A stretch of DNA of 64,000 nucleotides, from NCBI RefSeq assembly GCF_035084215.1, contig NC_090335.1, positions 32,178,001-32,242,000 on the forward strand, written 5' to 3'. Numbering within the stretch: position 1 is the stretch's first letter; the number at the start of each line of letters is the position of its first letter. Source of the stretch: Heptranchias perlo. Its lineage: Eukaryota. A program made the translations under genes and the position numbers. The notes under the pieces were generated by a model. That model made no database searches. It saw only the letters and a program-made list of their open reading frames with translations, and was not told where the DNA came from. Below, piece after piece: positions 37,120-50,814 of this stretch.

Positions 37120-39730
37120 ATACATAGAAATACAAAAAAGCTACAACATGGAAGGTCATTCAGCTCAACCAGTCTGTGTCGGTGTTCACCTCCACCTAAC
37201 AGGACTAGACAGACTAGATGCAGGGAGGATGTTCCCGATGGCTGGGGAGTCCAGAACCAGGGGTCACAGTCTCAGGATATGGGGTATGCCATTTAGAACA
37301 GAGATGAGGAGAAATTTCTTCACTCAGAGGGTGGTGAACCTGTGGAATTCTCTACCACAGAAGGCAGTGGAGGCCAAGTCATTAAATATATTCAAGAAAG
37401 AGATAGATATATTTCTTAATGCTAAAGGGATCAAGGGATATGGGGAAAAAGCAGGAACAGGGTACTGAGTTAGACGATCAGCCATGATCATTTTGAATGG
37501 CGGAGCAGGCCCGAAGGGCCGAATGGCCTACTCTTGCTCCTATTTTCTATGTTTCTATGTTTTCATTCACTTCTACAGACTCACAACTCTCTGTGGAATG
37601 AAATTTCTCTTACTCTATTCGAAATCTATTGCAAATAAACTTGTATCTGTGACTTCTTGTTCAAGACCTCTAAACTACTGGAAATAGTCTACTTTTACTT
37701 ACCCTGTCCTATCCTTTCATAATTATAATTCTACAATATTACTCTGCAATCTGCATTATTCTAATAAAAAAGTCCCAATTTTTAAGACTTTCTTCATACT
37801 TGCATTTCCACATACCAGGCAGCATTCTAGTCATATTGTGTTGTACCCTAAGGCCTCAATATCCTTCCTAAAGCATGGAGCCCAATACTGCACACAATAC
37901 TCTAATTGAGATCTTAAGGTTTTATATAGGCTCATCATTACCTCTTGGGTTTTATATTCCACACCTCGTGATAAAACATAGGATTCCATGAGGCTGTTTT
38001 TTTTTTAAAACCTGAGGTGTTGCCTTCAATGTGCTGTGAACTTGCACCTCAAGTCCCTCTGCTCTTCCACAGCACTGAGCCTATTTCTACTCAGAGTATG
38101 ATAACTGTTGCTATGTTGTTTTACCAAAATGTATCACTTCATACTTGCTAACATTGAATTCCATCTGCCACTACTTATCCCATTCACTCATTTTAACAGC
38201 CCATTGCAGCATCCTTTGATCTTCTAAAGAATTAGCTATGGCTTCTATTTTGATCATTTCAACACCACTCCCTCTAGGCCTATATCTAAATCATTGATAC
38301 ACACAGTGAACAGAAGTGGCCCCAGACTGAACCCTGTGGCACACCACTACCCACTTCCAACCATTCTGAAAAACTGCCCTTAACTCCTACTCTCTTTTTT
38401 TCCTTTTGAAACAATTTTTAATCTAGTTTGCTATCATCCCCTTAATTCTATGATTCTAATTCCATGCCCTTTAGTCTTCTCTCGTAATCCCATGTGCTAT
38501 CTTTCCTAAAGTCCATGTGCACTATATTCTCCCTCATCTACCATATCTATTACCTCCTCAAAGAACTCTATGAAGTTTGGCAAGCACGATTGTCACTTTT
38601 GATATCCATGCTGGCTACTTCTCACTCTTTTCTCTTTGTGGTAATTTCATCCTTAGTGAAAGATTCTACCCTACCACAGATATTAAACTAACAGGCCTGT
38701 AATTACCCAGATTAGCTCTGTCTCCCTTTTTGAAAATGGGCACACATCCACACTCAATAGTGCCCTGAAATATAATTTCCAGGCCGTCAGCTATTTCCTC
38801 CCTCATGATCCTAGAATGTATCCAGTTATGCCCTGGCGCTTTGTCTTCCTTTAATCTAACGGATCTAAAATTTTCCTCATAATTATCGCTTATCTCTCTC
38901 TCTCTCAACGACTTCAGGATTCACCTCATCTCTGATATCAGTCACTTTAGCAAAGACCGATGCAAAGTACTTATTAATAAATACCCTTGCCATTTTGATC
39001 CTCTACAAATTGACAATTCTCTCCTTTCAAATCGCTTTTAACAATTCCTTTTATTGATATATGTGTAAGATATTTTACTGTTCCTTTCGACGTTTTTTGA
39101 AATGTATTCCCTCATACTCTTAGCTTTCTTTATCCCACTCTTAACCTCTTTTCTTATTTTCTCATATTCTTCTTCAGTTTTTCATTATTATTCTTATGGT
39201 CCTTATAGGTCCTCTTTTTCAATTTTAATTGGTTGCTAACCTCTTTATTTATCCATGGCACCGTAAAACTACTAGTCATTTCCTTTTTTTTAAAAAGCGG
39301 AATATAGTTATTCTGTACTATTCCAATTTTTAAAAAAAATTTCACTGTTGCTTCACAGTCCTATATGCCAATTTCTGCTTCTGCCCCACCTCAGCAAGCG
39401 AGCTCCTCATCTTTCTAAAACTGCCCTAATCCCATGTGGTGTTCTAGTTTTTGTACTGACTTTTTCCCTTTCTATCTGTGTCTATTGTGGTCACTACTCC
39501 AAAGGCGCTCACCCACATTTAGCTCATCCACCCAATCTATTTCATTATTTATAATCAGGTGTAGCAACACCCACATCTAATGTAAAAAGCCTTTTTTATC
39601 TTTGCGATCCAACTATATTGATTTTGTCTCCACCCCTTTCTTGTCCACATCAATCCTATCTACAGCATGTATTCTTTCTTTGACCAATCTTGACACTCCG
39701 CCTCCTTTCTCATCTTTCCTATTCTTTCTC
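37120..39730 (-). mobile_element. Old decayed CR1 (endonuclease to 3' end)
   Basis: KAPGHNWIHSRIM and PIFKKGDRANLGNYRPVSL remnants. Confidence 0.8.
37196..37560 (+). mobile_element. Younger CR1 3' fragment nested in the older antisense CR1
   Basis: LTGLDRLDAGRMFP..RRNFFTQRVVNLWN; tttctatg tail repeats. Confidence 0.9.
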
Positions 39731-40429
39731 AATATATTATATCCTATTATGTTCCATTCTTGTCCAATTACCATATAAACAGAATGCCACATAGTCCCAG
39801 TGCAAAACCGCAGGTGTGTAACTCATGACCTGCACCAGACAAAACATATGCAATATATTGTCACCTGCATGTGCAGAGAGGTTTACTTGCTTAAACGTGG
39901 TATCACACCAGAATTTGTGAAGCATCCTGTACATTCTTTTAACTGTGGAACCTAGATTTGAATTCTGCCCAGACTAATGCAATGAATGTTTTCTTTCTCT
40001 GATGATTGAATGAGTCCTACATGAGGATAGGCAATCATAGCTCAGTTCCATGTAAAACAAGGTCCATAGCTTAAAACTACCCATAATGCAGCAAAATTTG
40101 CATTAAACTGGTAACCATACTCAAAGAGGCCAGAAGGTTCACATATATGGGAAATGCAATTCTTGCACAGGTGCAGTATAGAACATTTTTTTAAGGCGGG
40201 GGTTAAGTTACATTGTTGGAGAAAGAGTTTATTCCATATTTATCCCACATGTGACCCAAAAAGTCCTCAATGCAGACACTGGGTGCCCAAAATCCAAAAA
40301 AGTGTTTCAATTACCAGTATTTACATTGCAGAACTCATGAGAACCAAAATAACTTCTTGGATATTTCAAGAACATTGCTTCAAGGTTTTATTCACTGTGT
40401 TTCAATCCTAATACAACTACAATTTGCAC

Positions 40430-41600
40430 TTACATAATTCCTTTCATCTAGTGAAACTTCCCAAGGCACTTCGCAAAATTGAGGAGCAGAGAAAAAAAAC
40501 AAACATCAAGCAGGAGTTAGGAGTTGGGGGGGGGGTGGGGGGGGGAGGTGACTGAAGGCATGGTTTGGGGAGGGTCTTCAATGTAGGGAAATATGTAGCA
40601 AGATGGAAGGGTTTTGGAAGAGAGTTCCAGGGTGCAGGGTCACGAGGATGAAGATTCTGCCACGTTGGAGCATTGGGGGAAATGGACACACAGTAGGTGC
40701 CTGGGCACCGCACCTTAGGATGCGTTGGAGGGAGTGCAGCGTAGATTTACTAGAATGCTACCTGGGCTCCAAGGGTTAAATTACGAGGAGAGATTACACA
40801 AACTAGGGTTGTATTCCCTGGAATTTAGGAGATTAAGGGATAATTTCATCAAAGTTTTCAAGATATCAAGGGGAACTGATAGGGTAGATAGAAACTATTT
40901 CCGCTGGTTGGGGAGACTAGAACTAGGGGAAGTAATTTAAAAATTAGAGCCAGGACTTTCAGGGGTGAAGTCAGGAAACACTTTTACACGCAAAGGGTGC
41001 TAGAAGTTTGGAACTCTCTTCCGCAAACAGCAGTTGATGCTAGCTCAAATGTTAAATTTTTTGTTAAGCAAAGTTATTAAGGGATATGGGGCTAAGGCGG
41101 GGGTATATGGAGTTAGGTCACACATCAGACGTGATCTCATTGAATGGCGGAACAGGCTCGAGGGGCTAAATGGCCTACTCCTGTTCCTATGTTCCTGTGA
41201 GTCATTACGACAGAGGGTGCGAGCTGGGGTGTACATTTGGAGGAGATTACACAAGTAGAGTAGGGTGAGCCCATCGAGGGCTCTGTAAATAAGCACATGG
41301 ATTTTGAAATGAATTTATTGGTAAACAGGTAGTGAATGGAAATCAGTGAGAACAGGGCAATATGTAAGCAAGACTTAGAACAGGATAGAATGTGGATGGT
41401 CTCAGATGAGCTGACGTTCCTGTAGGGTGGAGCTCACAAGACCAGCAAGGGGAGTGTTGGCAAAGTTAAGCCTAGAGGGGATGACGGCATGGTTGAGCGT
41501 TTCAGCAATGGTGTGGATAAAGTAAGCAGAGAGGTGAGTGATGTTATGCAGGTGAAAAAACAGCAGTCTTCGTGATGCGGGATGAAACAAAGAACAAGAC
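40430..41600 (-). mobile_element. Decayed L2 3' fragment
   Basis: FFHLHNI..AETLNHAVIPSRLNFANTPLAGL and LIYRALDGLTLLYLCNLL are L2 ORF2 C-terminal motifs. Confidence 0.72.
40699..41197 (+). mobile_element. CR1 3' fragment nested in L2
   Basis: Same subfamily as 6150-6665 (VQRRFTRMLPGLQGLNYEERLHKLGL). Confidence 0.9.
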
Positions 41601-42869
41601 ACCAAACTTTGAAAACTAGTTTTTCAAGAATCCTATAATGCACAAATATGTCCTCTCGCCATCTTTCCAAAGTACATGAGATTGAGATTGTGTACGCAGG
41701 CTTCAGAACTTCTTCAACTGAGGAGCCTGTACATGGAACACTATCACAGATGTGTAAAACCAGCACATTAAATCATGTAAGCTTGAGTATGCTGCTGCCA
41801 AACTCAAAGGAAGAAGCTATCCAGAGAGGATAGCTGGATCAGACTGGAGACTGCAATCTGGAAATATTTACACTGTCAAGCGTAGTCAAACAATAGGCTT
41901 AATCTCATATAGTTTGGTAATATAAATTAAGCATCAAACACTCTTGCTACACAACTGTGAACAGGTGCTCATTTTGATTGTTTTAATATCTTGCTGCATT
42001 ATTGCTGTCATACAAGTTACTGCTCCTATGAAGTACAAGCAGATGGACAAATCCAAACTATGTATGTGTTTTTTTCAGGTGTGGTTTAGTAACTGTTTTC
42101 TATGATGTCATTTTTAAACAAGAGGTGGATTTTCCTAATTCACAGGCTGATCTCGCAGGGTTTTTTGGGAGGGAGGAACTTGGGGACACTTTCCCTCTGG
42201 CATGCATATAGCATTGTCAAATTTCAAAAATTAAATGTTAATGAGATTACTAGAAAATAACTGACAAAAAAATGAAGCATTGTCGTCTATGATGTTATTG
42301 GTTTTTTTCTTTCTTATCACTGTACATATGGGGTTAAAATCAGATTCAGAAGATAGTCCAGCTTGTTTGCAACAGGTATACAGTAGAGGGGGTGGGGGAT
42401 ACGTCATTCAATTTAAATTCAAGTATCTTGCAAGTTTTTTTGGGCTAGGTAGTTGAGTTTAAGTGACACATCTTCCACTCCAGGTTAAAGTATATCTCAG
42501 CCTGACTTTTTCCCAAAATGCTACAACAAGTTAAGGCATACTCTGGTTTGTAGAGGATGAGAAGCTTGCCTATGGGATTGGTCTAATATGTTGAACTGGG
42601 GAAAAATGTCTGGAGTAAAAACCAAAAAACATAACTGGGAAAGCTAAATCTCAACTCCTTGCTCCATAAAATCTACTGAAATGTAGTACGTTAAAAATTG
42701 TGTAGGTGCTTCACTGGGGCATTTCTCCACCACAATGAATTAGCAAATTTTATCCAATTGTAAAAACGTCATTTAAAAAAAAACTTAACTGATCAAAAAA
42801 AAGAGTAGAATTTACAGACTTTGAGCATTTTTAGTAAAGTTGTTAGAACAGCACAAAGATGAAAAGATT

Positions 42870-44030
42870 TACTAAAATCCATGAGACTTGGCAAGCCTGG
42901 TTAAGAGGAAATCCTATATGGAAAAAAATCAGTGGATTTTGTTTATCTATCAAAATCTTTGCTGAACTCTAAAGTGCCATATAACAGATTGGTCCATAAG
43001 GTTGGAAAGCACAACCAAGGTGGAGTGCTTCTGGATCCAAATTTGGCTGCAATGGAGGAAGCAAAAGGTGGTTGTATATGGAGCTGGACCTGCTTGGAAG
43101 GAGGTAACTAGTTTCAGGGATCAGTGCTGGGACTATTGCCATTTCTAATGTATATAAATGACCTTGAAGTGGGGACAGAAACAAAACTCTCCATGTTTGC
43201 AGATGATATCAAACTGGGAGACTGAAAACTGGAAACAAACCAATCAAATACAGAAGGACCTGGTTAGATTGGGGAACTATAGGTTGAAATGTCACTTAAT
43301 GTGGACAAATGCAACGTCACAAGATTGAGTGATAAGCTGAATGGTATTATTCTGCAGGACAAGGCACAGGAGAGGGAACATGGATATTGGTGGATAGATC
43401 GCTGAATTCATCAGCAGTATATGGCTGCAAACAGGATCGTGGGTCAGACAAACACAGCACAAATCTAAGGAGGAGATTGAGCTTGTATAGATCACTGGTC
43501 CAACCCCACCTGGAATATCGTGTGCAATTCTGGTCAGTGTGTTCTTAGAAAGGCGTTCAGGCATTGGAGAGGGTGCAGCTATTGGTGATTAAAATTGATA
43601 GCTGGGATTAACCAGCTAAATTATGATTAGAGGCCGCAGAAATTGGGAATATATATGCTGGAGAAGAGAAGGCACGGGGTAATCTTCTAGAAATATTCAA
43701 GATCCTAAAAGGGCATATACAAGTTAAATGTCAGCATGTTTAACATAAGTCACAGATTCTACAACCTTAAACTTCAAAGGAGAGTGAAAAGACCATTTAG
43801 ATTTAACTACTTTACCCAGAGGGTGCGAGTGTACAGAATAGACTGCCAAAAGGGGCACTGGGGGTTGACTTTCTTGAATTTGCTGATTTGAGTTGGACGA
43901 GGACCTGGAAAAATATTTGATAGGGGGCATTTGAAGGGTATTATGGAATATGATATTTACTGGACACTGACACCAACCAGATGGACTATAATTATTTATT
44001 TTTTTGCAGTCCTGTACATTCTTATGTTCC
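42870..44030 (+). mobile_element. Old decayed CR1 RT to 3' end
   Basis: QGSVLGL, FADDIKLG and PHLEYRVQFWS remnants. Confidence 0.78.
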
Positions 44031-44230
44031 CCATAAGCAGTCCTCGGGTCTACAATCTGGACTGTTTAAGTTTTTGATAATCAAGCCTAGAGCTTGAGTA
44101 CAATAATACCATTAGTCTGTTCTAGAATGAACCCAGGTCTCAAAGATGCAACAAATGTAATTTATTTCCCTTATACTGTCAATTTACTGTATATTTCCTG
44201 TGTTTATAAATGAAAATAAAGAGTACTTAC

Positions 44231-44309
44231 CAACTTCAGCTGCTGAATTAATGATACGAAGGTTGTCTCGCAGCCAGCGTACCACAGCACCACCTATGGC
44301 AACTGATCC
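44231..44309 (-). CDS. GK: Glycerol kinase exon: [26 protein letters not shown](E)
   Basis: tttctttag acceptor, G|gtaagt donor, 79 nt; WLRDNL motif. Confidence 0.97.
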
Positions 44310-45017
44310 CTAAAGAAACACGAACATAGAGCAATCATCAGCAGAGGAACTGTGTATTTAAGGCATGTAATTTCACTTTTTAAATTTGAGCGAGTGGTCT
44401 CATAATAAATAATGTTACTTGGAGTAATAATTTTGTTCACGTATCAATTATATTGTACACACCAAAAGTAGAAAGTTCCCACTCACCAAATTTGAAGGTG
44501 AGAGTTACTTTCCACCTTTGCCGAGCTGAAAAAGAAAATAACTTGCCACCTTGCAAGGAAGACTATTCTTGTGAAAATTGTTCTTCATTTCTCAACTTTC
44601 ACTCCTTCATTTTCTATCTGGCAATAGACTAACGTCTCCTGCTTATTGAACTTACTCTGCAATGGCTGCAATGACTAATAGTCCACCTATAATATACAGA
44701 TGCCACTGAGTGAAGACTATTACCCGCTGATGTGAACTAGTAGCAAAAAAAAAAGATTTTCTTACATGCAGTTTTTTCAGCAGTCATGTCCTGAGTTCAA
44801 TCCAAGGGCATGATAGCCACCTACCCTTATTACAGCATGTTCCACAGAGTGAAGCATTTTGCACATTATATTGAGGCACACGACATTTGACTTAGCATTG
44901 AATGCAACATGACATTGAATGCAACATTGAAAGTCTGGAAGGCAAGGGCCAGTAGACTAATAAACAATGGTCATGTTACAAGAGCTTTATGGGTGCATGG
45001 AGATGTATATCCATATG

Positions 45018-45688
45018 GTGGCCTAGAAATTGGATCACGCCCAAATTAGGGTACAATCCCGGTGCACACATGCTGCCCGTGCCTAATGAGGCCAGTGGCA
45101 GGACAACACGAAATTGGCAAGATGCAGGCGCCAATTCAGCCCCAGAGGCAACTCACTGGTGCTGGGAAGAACAAAGATCAGCCAGCTAAGGCGGTAAGCT
45201 CAGTCTGGGTGGGGAGAGGGATAGAGGAGGCAAATCTGGAGGGGAGTGAAAGGTGGCCAGCAATGGCCTGCGAATTTGACATGGAACTGGAAGGAGCACT
45301 CCTGCTCATCCCAGCTCCACAATGAGGCAAGAAAGAAAATAACTTATCTTTCGGGAGGCAGCCTCTAGGGGTCCCTTTAAGGGCTGCTGATTTGGCTGCA
45401 AGTGCCCGAGAATACTGACCTCAGCGTGCACAGCGCCTACTGCGGTCAGTTGTCAATGAGTTTTGGAAAGAGGGCCTCAAACAGGCATTAGTCCCATATG
45501 GAAATAGGGGGCCTAACATCTATTTCAGGCGCGGGCCCTGGATGCCTATACAAGACCCGAAACTAATATGGTGGGCAGCGCACTTCAGCCGCAGAATGTA
45601 CGCACGCACGCTGCCCCCCATATTGGATGCTTAGGTGCCAATTTTGCGCCTGTATAATAGGCACAGTGCCAACAAATTTCTAGGCCAC
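45018..45688. mobile_element. Non-autonomous DNA transposon (MITE)
   Basis: Perfect 14-bp TIRs gtggcctagaaatt / aatttctaggccac; flanked by tatg on both sides; GC-richer than the surrounding intron. Confidence 0.85.
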
Positions 45689-46030
45689 TATGTTTGAGGA
45701 GAAAACAATTGAATCAAAAATGATAAAAAGTAATTATATCAAACTCAGTAATATCACTATTGACTCCATATCAACATGAACATTGACATGCCACAAAGTG
45801 CACTAGCGGTCACCATCAACACAACACAAGCCCCAAAATAACTACTACTGCATTTATGACACGAACTAAACTCCTGTGACCATCCATTACTTCATTAGTT
45901 TATTAATACTTTCAGAAGAAATTTGAAAGTGGCACATCAGGTTACATTTACACGAAGCAACATTACTCAAATGTATATGAAAAATGAAGAAGAGTTCTAC
46001 AACTGTAAGCTTAATAAAAACAAAACTTGC

Positions 46031-46111
46031 CTCTAGTGCATAGATTGCGGGTTTGTCCTTGCCCATTTTATACGCTAAAGTTGTCAGAAGCCCATGTTTA
46101 GACATCACAGG
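46031..46111 (-). CDS. GK: Glycerol kinase exon with GC donor: [27 protein letters not shown]
   Basis: tcttcacag acceptor, GAG|gcaagt donor, 81 nt; joins in frame to GSVAI to give YALEGS. Confidence 0.95.
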
Positions 46112-46375
46112 CTGTGAAGAACAAGCATGTTAGTCCAACTGTAAAATAACATTATGCTGCAATTTGAATAAAGAATTGTACATGGCAAGGAAATGTATAG
46201 TTGTGGAAGAGTGAATCATAAACTTAATGCAGCATCAGGTTTTGGCCACTAGATTCATCAGTATATAATGTTCAGTAGTTTAATATTTTCTTCAATCCTG
46301 CTCTCAATTTTATTTAGGAAAAAACATACTTCCCTTCTGCCCAAATCTCAGACATTAAAGCAGAGACAGACTAAC

Positions 46376-46418
46376 CTTCTCGCCTGTGTTACTCAGGAGG
46401 AAACAACCTGTTCCATAT
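46376..46418 (-). CDS. GK: Glycerol kinase exon: YGTGCFLLSNTGEK
   Basis: ttttctttag acceptor, AAG|gttagt donor, 43 nt; TYGTG motif. Confidence 0.96.
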
Positions 46419-46539
46419 CTAAAGAAAAAAGGATATATATATGCAAAATACAATAAATTAGTCTGTAGGAATTAAAAGTGCCAATGAGAAAAAATGTATT
46501 TATATTGTTTGTTATGACCTGTTAATTATTTTTCATTTT

Positions 46540-46748
46540 GATGATGTTGGCACAGAAAGAAACTTTGGCCATAATACCAAGACAACTGTCTGCTCTTCTC
46601 TGGATAGTGCCATGGGATCGTTTATTTCACCTGAATAGCCAATAAGGCCTCAATTTAATGTCTCATCCAAAAGATGGCAATTCTAGCAAGGCATCACTCC
46701 CCAAGCACTGCAATTAAGTGCTGGTCTAGATTGTTTGCTCAAGTGCTA
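46540..46748 (-). mobile_element. DeuSINE core fragment
   Basis: atagtgccatgggatc...gtctcatccaaaagatggca matches 52470-52610. Confidence 0.7.
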
Positions 46749-47580
46749 TATAAAGCAGGGCAATACACTTCACTGAGGAAAATATTTAATGATTTTGTTT
46801 TTAAATTGCCATTTGATTCCAATCTTCAACCAAGATATCAAAAAACACAATATAAACCAGAATTGTACAATATTAACAGAAACACAAAATGTTGGGTTGA
46901 CTAAACAACTAAAATGCTTTGACTGAGCATTAGAAGTAACTCATCGCAGCTAGTGCTGGAGTAAGGTTGAGAAAAAGTGAGAAAAAGAGAAGGACATTTT
47001 GACACTACTGCCTTGAGGAAACCAAGTTACTGCTGACAGGAAAAATACATCTAATTTTGTATTGATGGTAATTGACCTGGAAGATTTTGTGGTCAATAGT
47101 CAGCTGAGAATTAACGAAAGCACAAACAGCAAGCGAAAAAGCTTTAAATAAACTGAAGAAGGTTCCGAAACTTAGGGAGCAGAATGGAGGTGATAAGTTT
47201 GGAAGAGCAAGGGAACCTGGTGCTATGGCCAATAGACAACAGAGATTCCAGAGCCTGACAGCAAAGGCGGCTGGGGAAAGCGTGACTCATGGCCCAAAGC
47301 TCCTGAGAGGGGAGGAAGAGAAACCAATGACATGAAGGCAGGAGCAGGACCTGTGGCTTGGGAGCATTCAGTAACAGTGTGTGTCCTGGGAGCACGCTGT
47401 TGGCATCTTTTTGCTCACGCCGAAAAGACAAAAGGCAACCAGCACGAGAATTAGGTTTCTGTGCACGTGCTTTCTTGAACACTTAAGGTGACGTTTCAGC
47501 TGAGTATGTTCACATCAGGTTGCGTGGGTAAAAGTTGTTGTAATAATTGGAAAGTAGGATTAGTTATTTTGTGTTTTTAA

Positions 47581-49306
47581 ATTTTTTTTTTATTCGTTCA
47601 CAGGATGTGGGCGTCGCTGGCGAGGCCAGCATTTATTGCCCATCCCTAATTGCCCTCGAGAAGGTGGTGGTGAGCCGGCTTCTTGAACCGCTGCAGTCCG
47701 TGTGGTGACGGTACTCCCACAGTGCTGTTAGGGAGTTCCAGGATTTTGACCCAGCGACAATGAAGGAACGGCGGTATATTTCCAAGTCGGGATGGTGTGT
47801 GACTTGGAGGGGAACGTGCAGGTGGTGGTGTTCCCATGTGCATGCTGCTCTTGTCCTTCTAGATGGTAGAGGTCGCGGGTTTGGGAGGTGTTGGAGCTGC
47901 ACTCATCCAAGCAAGTGGAGAGTATTCCATCACACTCCTGACTTGTGCCTTGTAGATGGTGGAAAGACTTTGGGGAGTCAGGAGGTGAGTCACTCGCCGC
48001 AGAATACCCAGCCTCTGACCTGCTCTCGTAGCCACAGTATTTATATGGCTGGTCCAGTTCAGTTTCTGGTCAATGGTGACCCCCAGGATGTTGATGGTGG
48101 GGGATTCGGCGATGGTAATGCCGTTGAATGTCAAGGGGAGGTGGTTAGACTCTCTCTTGTTGGAGATGGTCATTGCCTGGCACTTATCTGGCGCGAATGT
48201 TACTTGCCACTTATGAGCCCAAGCCTGGATGTTGTCCAGGTCTTGCTGCATGCGGGCTCGGACTGCTTCATTATTTGAGGGGTTGCGAATGGAACTGAAC
48301 ACTGTGCAGTCATCAGCAAACATCCCCATTTCTGACCTTATGATGGAGGGAAGGTCATTGATGAAGCAGCTGAAGATGGTTGGGCCTAGGACACTGCCCT
48401 GAGGAACTGCTGCAGCAATGTCCTGGGGCTGAGATGATTGGCCTCCAACAACCAATACCATCTTCATTTGTGCTAGGTATGACTCCAGCCACTGGAGAGT
48501 TTTCCCCCGGATTCCCATTGACTTCAATTTTACTCAGGCTCCTTGGTGCCACACTCGGTCAAATGCTGCCTTGATGTCAAGGGCAGTCACTCTCACCTCA
48601 CCTCTGGAATTCAGCTCTTTTGTCCATGTTTGGACCAAGGCTGTAATGAGGTCTGGAGCCGAGTGGTCCTGGCGGAACCCAAACTGAGCATCGGTGAGCA
48701 GGTTATTGGTGAGTAAGTGCCGCTTGATACCACTGTCGACGACACCTTCCATCACTTTGCTGATGACGGAGAGTAGACTGATGGGGCAGTAACTGACCGG
48801 ATTGGATTTGTCCTGCTTTTTGTGGACAGGACATACCTGGGCAATTTTCCACATTGTCGGGTAGATGCCAGTGTTGTAACTGTACTGGAACAGCTTGGCT
48901 AGAAGCGCAGCTAGTTCTGGAGCACAAGCCTTCAGCACTACAGCTGGGATGTTGTCGGGGCCCATAGCCTTTGCTGTATCCAGTGCACTCAGCCGTTTCT
49001 TGATATCACGTGGAGTGAATCGAATTGGCCGAAGTCTGGCTTCCGTGATGGTGGGGATATCGGGAGGAGGCCGAGATGGATCATCCACTCGGCACTTCTG
49101 GCTGAAGATGGTTGCAAACGCTTCAGCCTTGTCTTTTGCACTCACGTGCTGGACTCCGCCATCATTGAGGATGGGGATGTTTACAGAGCCTCCTCCTCCC
49201 GTTAGTTGTTTAATTGTCCACCACCATTCACGACTGGATGTGGCAGGACTGCAGAGCTTTGATCTGATCCGTTGGTTGTGGAATCGCTTAGCTCTGTCTA
49301 TAGCAT
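47581..49306 (-). mobile_element. Young 5'-truncated family B LINE (RT domain to poly(A))
   Basis: ORFs 48534-49145 and 47859-48527: PISLLSVISKVME, QFGFR, LDIKAAFDRVWH, PQGSVLGP, FADD; T-run at 47582-47591. Confidence 0.95.
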
Positions 49307-49828
49307 GACAGCAGTTTATAAAGTTATATTATATTGTATCTTTGTTATATGATCAATTTTATTTTAGGAGTATATAATCAAGTAGATGAAAAGCTGCCTT
49401 GGCTTTGTCTTAGCATTTAATTTTGCTGGAATGTGACTGGGTAGAATATTCTTAGGTGGAATGTATTTGGAGACAAAACTGAAATTGGGGAATAAGGTTT
49501 TGCATAAAATGACTGGTGGACAATGAAAGTAGAAAATAGCCACATCGCAAAGGAGAAAAACAGAGACCTAAATAGAATTAAACAGCAAGGGAGAGATATT
49601 TAACCAATTAGAATGAAAACTGATCACCGAGGTGACAGATTCAATGCACACTACCGACACGAGAAACATAAAGATTTAAACATCACTATTGTAATTTTAC
49701 CACAATCTATTGAGGGGAATACAAAATTCCCCTTCTATGAAAATCTATTCAAAAACTAAGTTTGAATACCTCCATCACTAACTAACCTGTGGCAAATTGC
49801 AAGTAGTTTCTTAAAAGTTCAAACTTAC

Positions 49829-49896
49829 GTGTTCTTTGACTGTCCAGGAGAAAAACACATTTGTCCAACCAAGGCAGCAGATTGGTCACCTAAACA
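49829..49896 (-). CDS. GK: Glycerol kinase exon: [22 protein letters not shown](T)
   Basis: tatcag acceptor, AC|gtaagt donor, 68 nt; conserved active-site GDQ motif. Confidence 0.97.
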
Positions 49897-50570
49897 CTGA
49901 TAAAGATAGCATATAAATATAAATGCAATTACTTCCTCTGAATGGTATTGCATTGTAAGTAGAAAATATTGTTTGGAGTGTATTATAAAGCAGTTAACAC
50001 AAATTGAGGGGTAAACTATGACAGCAGTTTATAAAGTTATCTCAACAATGAAATTGTGTTGCAACTTTATAATACACTACCTGAGCAACCCATATTTTAT
50101 AACAAAAGAATAAGTGGTGGGGCAAATTTCTCTCCTTAGCTCCCACGACCTGATCAACAGGACATTTTTTTTAAAATTCCCTCACAAAAATTAAACAAAT
50201 CCAGCAATTTGGAGCTCTGACCATATGAATGAAACTATTTGAATTATATACATATTTGCTGGGTACTGCAGTAAGTTGGAACTTTGACTTTAACTTTTGG
50301 GATCCCAGTTACAAATCTCTGCTGGCATTTACCAAGGAATTTTCAACAACAAAGAGAAAACCATATGCAACAAACCTAACCAACTTGTTATCATTATTGG
50401 TAAACACTTTAATTAAATTTGAATGCTCAGACTGAAATATATTCTTTTCGCATTATTCTTTGTAACCATTTAAAATAGTTATACTGAGTAGAAACATTTC
50501 CATATTCCTGGTACCAGTTATAATTCAGTCATGCTGCATGTGACATCTTCAAAAGTTCGAACAATCACAG

Positions 50571-50814
50571 GGGGGGGTGATTTTTAAACTCCAAGAGTGG
50601 GTGAGTTGGGGGCGGGTGGGAGTTGAAAGTAGTTGATTTTTGGCTCGCAACTGCAAAATTTTCGGACTTTGCATTCCCAATAGGAAGCCTGTCCTTTTAT
50701 GCGCCCAAGATAAACCCGGAAATAAAGCAGGGTTCCAGTCGCGACCCAAAAAACAACTATTTTCAACTCCCACCTGCCTTCAACCCACTTGTTCTTGGGG
50801 GTTAAAATCACCCC
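50571..50814. mobile_element. Harbinger-type MITE with about 85-bp imperfect TIRs
   Basis: ggggtgatttt...ggtgggagttgaaa pairs with tttcaactcccacc...aaaatcacccc; CAG TSD at 50568-50570 and 50815-50817. Confidence 0.88.

Noticed and set aside
44896-44932. Short tandem duplication cattgaatgcaacat
   Set aside because: Ordinary slippage duplication with no further structure.
47760-49308. Long plus-strand ORFs of 172 and 137 aa
   Set aside because: They are antisense shadows of the LINE RT frame.
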